Source: Hormiphora californensis (lineage: Eukaryota > Animalia > Ctenophora). From it: a stretch of 64,000 nt of DNA. Numbering within the stretch: position 1 is the first letter of the stretch; each line of letters starts with the position of its first letter. Where the stretch lies: NCBI GenBank assembly GCA_020137815.1, contig CM035353.1, positions 6,634,001 to 6,698,000 of the forward strand, read 5' to 3'. The notes beneath the pieces were generated by a model that had not been told where the DNA came from, made no database searches, and saw nothing but the letters and a program-made list of their open reading frames with translations. The position numbers were made by a program, and so were the translations under genes. Shown piece after piece: positions 54,512 to 64,000 of the stretch.

Positions 54512-55756
54512 TCATCCTAAAAATGAATCTCTCTCAGAAAGTTCCCATCCCGGTCTAAAAGTATCAGTATTTTCAGCTTTGTCATTCAGTAAGGCCGGCG
54601 CCTCCTCAGACAGTCCCAGCCTCAAAGAGGGAGCCTCCTCAGACAGTCCCAGCCTCAAAGAGGGCGCCTCCTCAGACAGTCCCAGCCTCAAAGAGGGCGC
54701 CTCCTCAGACAGTCCCAGCCTCAAAGAGGGAGCCTCCTCAGACAGTCCCAGCCTCAAAGAGGGAGCCTCCTCAGACAGTCCCAGCCTCAAAGAGGGCGCC
54801 TCCTCAGACAGTCCCAGCCTCAAAGAGGGAGCCACCTCAGACAGTCCCAGCCTCAAAGAGGGCGCCTCCTCAGACAGTCCCAGATTCAAAGAGGGCTCCT
54901 CCTCAGACAGTCCCAGCCTCAAAGAGGGAGCCTCCTCAGACAGTCCCAGCCTCAAAGAGGGTACCTCCTCAGACAGTCCCAGCCTCAAAGAGGGTGCCTC
55001 CTCAGACAGTCCCAGCCTCAAAGAGGGTGCCTCCTCAGACAGTCCCAGCCTCAAAGAGGGCGCCTCCTCAGACAGTCCCAGCCTCAAAGAGGGAGCCTCC
55101 TCAGACAGTCCCAGCCTCAAAGAGGGCGCCTCCTCAGACAGTCCCAGCCTCAAAGAGGGAGCCTCCTCAGACAGTCCCAGCCTCAAAGAGGGAGCTTCCT
55201 CAGACAGTCCCAGCCTCAAAGAGGGAGCCTCCTCAGACAGTCCCAGCCTCAAAGAGGACGCCTCCTCAGACAGTCCCAGCCTCAAAGAGGGCGCCTCCTC
55301 AGACAGTCCCAGCCTCAAAGAGGGTGCCTCCTCAGACAGTCCCAGCCTCAAAGAGGGCGCCTCCTCAGACAGTCCCAGCCTCAAAGAGGGAGCCTCCTCA
55401 GACAGTCCCAGCCTCAAAGAGGGCGCCTCCTCAGACAGTCCCAGCCTCAAAGAGGGAGCCTCCTCAGACAGTCCCAGCCTCAAAGAGGGAGCTTCCTCAG
55501 ACAGTCCCAGCCTCAAAGAGGGAGCCTCCTCAGACAGTCCCAGCCTCAAGGAGGGCGCCTCCTCAGACAGTCCCAGCCTCAAAGAGGCCTCCTCAGACAG
55601 TCCCAGCCTCAAAGAGGACGCCTCCTCAGACAGTCCCAGCCTCAAAGAGGGCGCCTCCTCAGACAGTCCCAGCCTCAGCGGTGGAACTTCGTTAGTTGCC
55701 CGCTTCACTGGACCACCCAGGCTGGTGGCAAGAAGACAAATTATTAGCACAAACAT
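54512..55756 (-). CDS. Single-exon secreted multi-copy peptide precursor (414 aa; 33 x EEAPSLRLGLS), candidate neuropeptide precursor
   Basis: The first ATG at 55756 gives the signal peptide MFVLIICLLATSLG, then GPVKR (dibasic), 33 tandem 33-nt units with only an in-frame 3-nt indel, and a unique C-terminus ending RDSFLG-stop. A TATAAA-like motif lies ~40 nt upstream. Confidence 0.8.
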   Translation of the reverse strand: MFVLIICLLATSLGGPVKRATNEVPPLRLGLSEEAPSLRLGLSEEASSLRLGLSEEASLRLGLSEEAPSLRLGLSEEAPSLRLGLSEEAPSLRLGLSEEAPSLRLGLSEEAPSLRLGLSEEAPSLRLGLSEEAPSLRLGLSEEAPSLRLGLSEEAPSLRLGLSEEASSLRLGLSEEAPSLRLGLSEEAPSLRLGLSEEAPSLRLGLSEEAPSLRLGLSEEAPSLRLGLSEEAPSLRLGLSEEAPSLRLGLSEEAPSLRLGLSEEVPSLRLGLSEEAPSLRLGLSEEEPSLNLGLSEEAPSLRLGLSEVAPSLRLGLSEEAPSLRLGLSEEAPSLRLGLSEEAPSLRLGLSEEAPSLRLGLSEEAPSLRLGLSEEAPSLRLGLSEEAPALLNDKAENTDTFRPGWELSERDSFLG

Positions 55757-55951
55757 ATTGACAGTTAACCAATGCGAATATCTGCTGGCCAAATTTATAG
55801 CAGTAGGAATTTAGGTGCGTTTGGAATCACGCGATGGTTATAGCAGCGTTTTCCCTCTCACTTCTCTCTCTTTCTCGTCCTTATTCAGTATCTTTGATAT
55901 TGGAAAAAGAGAGGAAGGTGTCTGATTTTCTCTCTCTCTCTCTCTCTCACT

Positions 55952-56047
<96 letters not shown>

Positions 56048-56265
56048 ACCCTCTCTCTTTCTAAATAATTTGAAACTGCCCTCACGTGATCGTTGACCGC
56101 AAAGGATTGGATTGTGTCACTTACAAAACAGCTGCAATGTCACTCATGATTTGCTGTCACGAATGATCTGCAGCTGTCGTTCTAGGTATTACGAGAAGAG
56201 CGAGAATCAACCGTGGACCAGTATAGAGTACATTTAGTGCCTGTGGGAGAGAGTGGGAGAAAATA

Positions 56266-56439
<174 letters not shown>

Positions 56440-56689
56440 GAAGGTTAGGTGTGGGAGGTGGCACCTCTGCAGTTATCATCTCTGGATGCTGTTCTTTAGT
56501 CCCCCTCTGGCTACAACCCACTCCCGGTTGGCAACAATAATTATAAAATCAAGAATATATTTTGTCAAAGAAGATATTTGACAGTTGCAATGTTTCTGAA
56601 TTTTAATTCATTATCCTACCTGCAGCATCCTATAACGGCGTGCAGCGATCTGATTTGTTACTCAGCAAGATCTGATACCATTTCACAAA

Positions 56690-57000
56690 AGAGATATGCA
56701 ATGGGAGGAAAAATAACAGAAAAACTAACTGAAATTGAAATGGAAACATGCTATTTCTCAACTTGGAACCAAATTTATTAAATTTAAATGAACACGGAAT
56801 CAACTCCCATATGCCCTCTATGCGAAGAGGCAGAATAAACAGTGAAACATATAATCTGCGAATGCCCCGCCATGTCATACAAGAGGGAAACCTTACTAAA
56901 TGACACAAATCACAAGAATCTCAGTACACTCCTGTTAACCAGACTTACAGATGCAATAAAAATCGCAGAACACGCAGCAAAAATGAAAAAAAAGGATCCT
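56690..57000 (+). mobile_element. Decayed 3' fragment of a non-LTR retrotransposon (Cys/His zinc-binding C-terminus)
   Basis: ..STPICPLCEEAE*TVKHIICECPAM.. has the CxxC..E..H...C pattern with in-frame stops; the downstream GC-rich segment ends in (GAA)n at ~57598. Confidence 0.6.
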
Positions 57001-57824
57001 GGAACAAGATCAGAACATCGATGAACCACGACATTGAAAACACAATTGACCACCACCAAAACCAATCAATACTACAGACCAGACAGACACTAAACCACAG
57101 ACGCATAACCTACCCACCCAACGGCTGCCAAACTAGGAAAAAAGGCCAAACACAAGTTCGCCGCGTCCAGAAAGAATCCAAGAGAACGCCGAAAAAACAA
57201 CAGAGACCGGAAATAGAGACATAATGAGCACTCGCACACAGCCGCGGCCTAGCCCCGGCCGGGAATGCCCCGACCCTAGATCCCTCTCTATTAACGGAAC
57301 CAGCGTTGCTGTTCCTGACGAGAGGAGGATAGAGGAAGGGGCTGCCCCGGGCGGGGATAGGCCGTGGCTGTCTTCTTTTTCTTTCACAACTCTCGTGGGC
57401 TCCACCCACGAGGGTTCCACCTAAGGGTTCACACCCGAGGGGGCCACTCACGAGCACTCACACCAGTGTCAACCAAATCGCATTGACGAAAGTCGCGATA
57501 GTTCTTTAGGGTATCACTTGGCTGCGAAGCAGCCCCTCCGTGTGAGGATTTCGCGAAAAATCGCGCGACGTGCCCAAGGGTATCACACCCGACACTCGAA
57601 GAAGAAGAAGAAGACGGAAGCAAATTCGTGAAATTTACCTGAACATGCACAGTATCATATTACCTACCTACATATTACCTTGGTTGTTTTTCTTTGTCCG
57701 CTGTCCTACCTACCGCTGTCCTAGCTACTTAGACCACAAGTCCTCTCAAACTTGTACATTTTATTAGTTTAAGTGCATAATAGTACTGTAAATTCAAATC
57801 AAATAATTCCAACACTTTTAGGAA

Positions 57825-58751
57825 ATGTCATGTGCCAAAGCAACTCTACTTGTCGGTGCCACGGCTGTTCTTGTTGCCCTTGTACTACTCCGCAGCTCTT
57901 CTATTTCCAGGGATGATCTAAAATCTGCTCTTGACGGTAAGGTCGTCCTCGTGTGTGGGGCCTCCTCGGGGATCGGAGAGCAGGTTGCTCGGGATCTGGC
58001 ATCACTCGGGGCCCGGGTCATTATAACAGCGAGACGGGAGGACAAACTGGAGGAGGTGAGGAGGAAGATAATAACAGATGTAAACCCCGAAGCTGAGGTT
58101 GGGGTATTGAAATGTGATTTTAGTGACGTGTCACAGTCGGAGAGGGTTGTTGGGGAGGCAATGAAGATATTTGGACGGATTGATCATCTCATGATTAATC
58201 ACGGGATTGTCAAAGCTGGTCCCTTTCTTGCAACCCCCTCGGAACAAAACCCTGATTCGTACAAACACGCTTTTCAGGTCAACTTCTTCAGTTTCATCCA
58301 GATCGCACTATCAGCTATTGAGCACCTCGAGGAAAACTCTGGACATATTATCGTAACAAGCTCCTTCGCGGGTGAATTCCCGTTTGTGCTGAACTCCATT
58401 TACGGCGCTAGCAAGCATGCAATGAACGGTTTCTTCTACAGCCTCAACCAGGAACTAACCCTTCGGCAGTCTAAAGTCCGGGTTTCAGTGGCCTCCCTAG
58501 GGCTCATCAAAACAGACTGGGTTAGGAAAACTCAGGAAATGGGTTTACTTGACCACATTCCTGAGAGCGCTCGGGGGAGTCTAGAGGAATGTTCCATGGT
58601 CATGATTGAGGGGTTGGTGAGTCGACCCGGCACCATTACCTACCCTTACTGGAGCACTGTCATGATGCGTATTATGTGGCAGGTCGCACCCTCCACTCTA
58701 TTGGACCAGGAGACTTATGAAGACGCCATTACCATGTCAAAATATAACTAG
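57825..58751 (+). CDS. Short-chain dehydrogenase/reductase, 11-beta-HSD1-like, with an N-terminal membrane anchor; intronless
   Basis: GKVVLVCGASSGIG Rossmann motif, TARR (NADP-type), NHG, catalytic S and YGASK. Confidence 0.93.
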   Translation: MSCAKATLLVGATAVLVALVLLRSSSISRDDLKSALDGKVVLVCGASSGIGEQVARDLASLGARVIITARREDKLEEVRRKIITDVNPEAEVGVLKCDFSDVSQSERVVGEAMKIFGRIDHLMINHGIVKAGPFLATPSEQNPDSYKHAFQVNFFSFIQIALSAIEHLEENSGHIIVTSSFAGEFPFVLNSIYGASKHAMNGFFYSLNQELTLRQSKVRVSVASLGLIKTDWVRKTQEMGLLDHIPESARGSLEECSMVMIEGLVSRPGTITYPYWSTVMMRIMWQVAPSTLLDQETYEDAITMSKYN

Positions 58752-59520
58752 CTACTATACTACGCACATAGGGCTGGCCCCCTTACTGTTAGTTTAGTAC
58801 CACGGTACGGAGTGGCTTAGGGCTATGAATCGGAGATAAGCACCGCCGGCTTACGCAGTGATTGCGAGAGACCCACCGGCACCACTATACTACTACTAGA
58901 GCTTCACTGTGAACTACTTTTTTATGACGAATATAACTGTTTATGACGATTTTAACCCATTTATTGAATCATTGATTCGACGAGTTATTGATTTGTCCAA
59001 TTCAATTGAAACCCCCAATTCATGGCAGCCCAATTGATGTATCATTGTATCATTATCAACATTCTAGACTCTATTCACCAACTATTTATTATCCCCGTAC
59101 AGTCAAACAACAACAACACTGATCAGCTCTTGCCGCGTCCCCTGTTTCACCTGGTCTTCACAATTGATAACCAGTGGGTACCGATTGTAATGGGGGTGAC
59201 ATTGGTAACAGGTGGGAATCATGTTAAATCATCTCACACACGTCACGGGATCACGGTTTATGACTTTATATGTGTGATACAAAAAACCAGGAAATGAAAA
59301 CAAAAACCGTAACGAACATATAATGCATGCAGTGATGTAAACGTATTTGTCGATCACCGTAAGATACATGTATGTCATATAGGATCTCTATAGGCTCTAT
59401 ATTTATATTTGTCTGTATACGGTGGTTAGCTGGTTGTTAATCGCGACACAGTGCAGCTGTTTGTTTGCTTTTAGAAGCGCTCTCGCACTCTCTCTCTCTC
59501 TCTTTATCTCTCTCACTCTT

Positions 59521-59576
<56 letters not shown>

Positions 59577-59845
59577 TTTCTCTCTCTTTCTCTCAGTCCT
59601 AGCACTCTAGGTGATCTGTTGGTTTGAATGATGTGTTAGTTTGCTTTGGTTATTTTGTGCCCTATCGCGATAGACAGCCTAGAATTATTGCAGTTTTAGC
59701 TTTTCTAACTTATTTTTTATACTTATTATTAGTTATTCGTGTTATTTTTCGGTCTACTTGATTTTCCTTGAAGTACTGATAACTAAAAACCTGAATTGAT
59801 TATAGCAGCGAGCTAGTGCAGTAGCTGGGTATATCAACGCACAAT

Positions 59846-62627
59846 ATGGGGTCTGACAGCGACAACAGCTCACAGTCGACCAAGGAAAAAGCCAGGTCAG
59901 ACTCAAGCGATGAAAGAAGTACCACTTCCCAATCCACCACTTACAGTTCTAGTACCTCTGAACAGTCCCGCCCTCCGCGGAGAAAGTCTAGATCAGAAAG
60001 TTCAGGAAGCACTCGATCCACGAGCAGCAGCAGTAGCAGGGAGCGAGCTCGATCTGCATCGTCCAGCTCGAGCACCAGCAGCAGTGATCACAAACCCCGT
60101 CCGTCTCGATCAACACATTTCAAATCACGGGACCGATCGTCCCCTAAGAAAGTGCATTCCTCTTCCTCTTCCTCTACTTCTAGTAGCTCCACTACAACTT
60201 CTAAATTGATGAGTGCAGGGGCCGCATATAACATGAGAGGGCAGGGTGGTCTAGCTTTTGAATACACCGAATACAAAAAAGATCTTAAGGCTAGGAAGTG
60301 AGTGAAATGTACCGCCCGAAGTGTGAAACTTGTTCAGTAGAAGCAGTATAGACGCAGGAAAAACAGCAAAAGCATAATCAGCAACTGAAACAACAAATGT
60401 TTCTTCTGCGCTTTGCAGCAACTTTAAATTTTAGCAGATTTTGACTTACACAGAAGCAAATTATTACCTATTTTGTGGGCAGCATTGCACACCCCAGTGT
60501 ATTCATCTGTAGAGCAATAAATAATTAATTTTGAAGCACTGATCCCCCCTTTTAAAAGCATTTTGATCCTTTTGTTGCCCAGCAGCAACCTCAACCTGAA
60601 ACTCCGGCAGGATTCAACGGCAGCTATACAAGCAAGAAAAAGAACAAAAACACGACCGATACACCGAATCAACTAAAAAGTTCATGAAACTCAAACAAGA
60701 GTAAGTTTTATGTTGATCCCCAACGGATCCTCTATCATGATAATTTTACTGGTGTTAGGTTGTCATTTTTTGACCTATTATAGAGTCTCGTATTTTCAAA
60801 ACATTTGTTCCTAAGGGTAGGTATTCAACAGTCCTCCAGTTACCAGATCAATTTCCCCCGATATATGGGGAACTATATTAAAACTTGAAACATTATGTCA
60901 TTGAGAAAACCCCTTTTTTATTCCATCTTCAGATTTATTGAGACCATGGGAAGTTATCTTGGAAGAGAGATAGAAAGTAGGGAAGAGTTCATGAGAGCCC
61001 TGTGGGATTGGAAGGAGGGAATGGCTAAGAAAAATTACCACTTCGATATTGATAAAACTGAGGGTAAGTGGCTGTCCAATTGACGGCCATTTAGGATGGA
61101 CAGTGTCCATCCTAAATGGCCGTGACTGAGGTTCTTTCTCAATTCAACGGCCTTGATGTTCCCCGCAATTGATAGGGTTTTTTAAGTGTTTCAAAAAAAC
61201 ATATTCCATAATCGCGATTATCACGATTAATCGTTTTGATTGACGGGAAATGTTTCTTTTTAGGGCTCCGCTACCAGGAGAGGGCAGTAACGATACGCAG
61301 ACCTGACTCTGCTAAAAGTCGTGCCTTCACTGGTGAGAAGAAGGGACAGAGGACACGATCTGGGACATTCAGTAAGACAATCAACCGATTCAAGCTCGGT
61401 CAGGCTGCAGGAAAAAAGAAATTATCTGCAGAGACTTTCAAACGAGAGGTACCTTAATTTATCTAGATTCCAGAAATTTGCAAAAACCCCAGCCCATTAT
61501 TGGATCAATAACAGCTTCCAAAATAGCCCAGAATGGACCCAAAATAGTTCTAACCTCTCTAAATTCAGCCGGCTGATGTGCTTTGTGACGACTTCGATAC
61601 GATGTACACGGAACTTCATAGAGCCTTGAAGTACTGGTCTCAATACGTAGATCATGCCCACAATGCTGGTCTTGAGGAGTTTGGGCTGAGGGAGGAGAGG
61701 CGAAACATTGTTAAAGGTAAATTGCAGGAACCAACCGAAACAAGTAAACAACCAATCAGAGCTCGTTATTTAGGTCACGTGACTGGTTATCAGCCAATCA
61801 GGGACCAGTATTTCCTGATTCGGTCGGTTCCTGGTAAATTGTGATATTATCTATATGGTGGCATAAATCATGTGTCGACATCTCACGTAGGGACGCATCA
61901 TCATGATCATCGGGCGTCGAATTGAGAGCAATTACACACTTTGTTGTGTCTATTTATTACGTCAATAATATTGTGGCTGTAGCTGTGATCTTGTGATGAT
62001 ATCAGCCCGTGTTTGTTTATTAACTGCACAGCCTACTGAACTTCCAGATCACACCCTATTTTATACACTAGCACGCTATATCAACACGTACCAGCTGTAT
62101 GGCGGCGCCGACCCGATCTGACCGCGATGTCGAATCAAGTTTAAGGGTCTGACGCGATGTCGCCAGACAGTATAATAAGCAATGTGCATATGCACGTATA
62201 TGCACGTCCTATTATATCACGAGGTATGATCTGCTACAGTGCTACAATTAACTCCTGTATAATAACCGTTTCAGGGCTGATTAAAAAGTACCTCACCGAG
62301 GAGGAACAGCAGGAGCTGGATGATGCCCGGGAAGCGAGAAAACAGGAACGGGCACACTTGAGGAAAATGAAGGAAATGAGAAAGGAACGACGGGCGGAGG
62401 AGAGACGAGCAAAGCAAGAGAGGAAGATTGAGAGGGCACAGATTAGGGATGAACGAGATGCTAGGATGCAGCTGAAAGTGAAGAACTACCACATGAGAAA
62501 GGCCAGGAAGGAGGAGAAGAGGAAGGCTAAAGAACTGAAGATGAAGGATAGAAAGAAGAGGTATTCCAGTTCAGATGACGATTCATCTTCCGTCTCAGTC
62601 AGCTACTCAGACTCCAGCAGCGATTAG
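59846..62627 (+). CDS. Uncharacterised multi-exon protein with a Ser/Arg-rich N-terminus and a charged coiled-coil C-terminus
   Basis: Exon-like blocks at ~59846-60297, ~60585-60700, 60932-61063, 61264-61449, 61569-61716 and 62275-62627, bounded by AG/GT. No family recognised. Confidence 0.65.
61725..61833. mobile_element. 109-bp hAT-type MITE with 8-bp TSD GTAAATTG
   Basis: Near-identical to the 16108 copy; TSD at 61717-61724 and 61834-61841. Confidence 0.9.
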
Positions 62628-63683
62628 AAACATTGTGTGTGTGTATTGTAGTAGTGTGAGTTACACAGGGGACTGTTCATACATGCAGGGTCGAGCAAGG
62701 CAAGGGACTAAATAAAATGAAAATCGGAGGGTTGACATAACTTTGTATGCAATGACTTAAATAATAGATGGTACTGGTGTATTATAGTGTGAATGTTATA
62801 TTGATGATCATATGTTTATTGAATATTCTTGTAGAATTTCTACAAAAATCATATTTCCTAACTCGTCCTTACATGGCCCGGGCTGAATGGACAGACTGCG
62901 TAGCATGGCAATGGTAATGGATACCGTGTTTAGTCGATGGTTGTCACAGCATTGGCCTGACCCTATTCTCAGAGCATTGGTCTGACAGGTCGACTTCGCG
63001 GAGAGCGATGGGGAGCTGTTTTGACAGCCCAGGATCACCACACCCAGATACACTCCACAACGGAGCAATGTTTATAGGGGTTCCGTAGGGGCGGCCAGCC
63101 CATGATACCGGGCACCGGCCGCTGGAGGACACACTTGCACTTCCCTTTCAGAGGCATATCCGGGGTAGACCGGAAGAACGTGTCATAAACGCGTTGCAAT
63201 ACGTATAGTTTTCTCATACTATTTGATTGTTTCGCGCCTTCATGAACGGCCTGACACGTTATTCCGGCCAACCTACATTTGAATAAATTAGACGTGATTT
63301 AATAATCGCTAAATATAAATTGATCACAATATAAACACTATAACTTAAATAAAATACAGTTAACATAACTTAAAATATTCTGATAAGAGTCTACTTAAAA
63401 ATAAATTGGGGTCACAGACAAGCACTCAACACTACAAATACAGTCTTCTGACGGCGCTATTAAACTACAAATACAGTCTTCTGACGGCGCTATTACTCTA
63501 CAAATATACTACACATTTATAAATTATATTACCAATCTATGATGTCACACGGGTCACTGATCTGATCAAGTATAACTCAATGTCTCTAATTATTAGATCT
63601 GATCAAGTATAACTCAATGTCTCTAACTATATAGTGGTACAATTATTGTTCTCTCATGTATTGTTCATACAGCACAAGATCCC

Positions 63684-64000
63684 TCATGACCTCGTCAGGT
63701 TCGACAACAAGTCATCCACCACTGCCTTTCGAGCTTGTGCTACCGTTGTGTACTGACTGCTTAGCCTGCTAAACTCTTCGTTTAATCCATCCTCTCGTTG
63801 CTCCAAATTCTGTAGGGGGAGGGGAGGGTTCAGTATCAAAGATAATTTTTTCACACAAATTGTTTCAAAAATTTTTAATATTATCTTCTTACCAAATCGA
63901 ACTATCGCGACTGGCGTCAGTGCAATATGGTCGACAGCTAATTGTGAGAATTCAATTCAACTGCTGCAGAAGTATAATTGTACCATATATCATACCTGTT
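63684..64000 (-). CDS. Probable 3' end of a gene entering from the right (terminal coiled-coil-like exon)
   Basis: Donor CAG|GTATG at ~63995, acceptor at ~63811, then NLEQREDGLNEEFSRLSSQYTTVAQARKAVVDDLLSNLTRS-stop. Confidence 0.45.

Noticed and set aside
54512-55792. CRISPR-like appearance of the 33-bp repeats, and the ORF-track start at 55792
   Set aside because: There are no unique spacers and the context is eukaryotic. 55792 is a TTG; the first ATG is 55756.
54579-55814. Plus-strand 411-aa (KEGASSDSPSL)n and 233-aa ORFs
   Set aside because: Shadows of the 33-nt repeat: they have non-ATG starts and no signal peptide. The wobble position is shared with the minus frame, so synonymous variation does not favour them.
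57300-57500. Hammerhead ribozyme suggested by CTGACGA and a later GAAA
   Set aside because: No compatible stems I-III could be built by eye.

Overview
Eukaryotic, intron-rich, repeat-rich animal DNA, most likely ctenophore (Pleurobrachia-like). That assignment is inferred from a 109-bp hAT-type MITE that translates as QEPTETSKQPIRTRYLGHVTG, from the GPCR sequence style and from nested intronic genes. From left to right: (1) the 5' part of the selenocysteine elongation factor eEFSec (minus strand, runs off the window); (2) a ~20-kb multi-exon receptor guanylyl-cyclase-like gene (minus) whose cyclase catalytic residues are all substituted. It hosts three nested genes: a same-strand rhodopsin-type GPCR, an antisense IAH1/SGNH-fold gene lacking the catalytic Asp/His, and an antisense secreted F-type-lectin-like gene. 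It also contains a decayed ~2.3-kb tandem duplication; (3) a composite satellite of two small elements; (4) a ~20-kb adhesion GPCR (Ig-like, LDLa, pentraxin/LamG, HRM, GAIN, 7TM) with, in one intron, a 2.1-kb inverted concatemer of identical 321-bp tRNA-like units bounded by a 13-bp direct repeat; (5) a single-exon secreted precursor with 33 copies of EEAPSLRLGLS (candidate new neuropeptide precursor); (6) an SDR dehydrogenase, an unknown Ser-rich/charged protein and the 3' end of a further gene. All exon structures were read by eye and boundaries may be off by a few bases.
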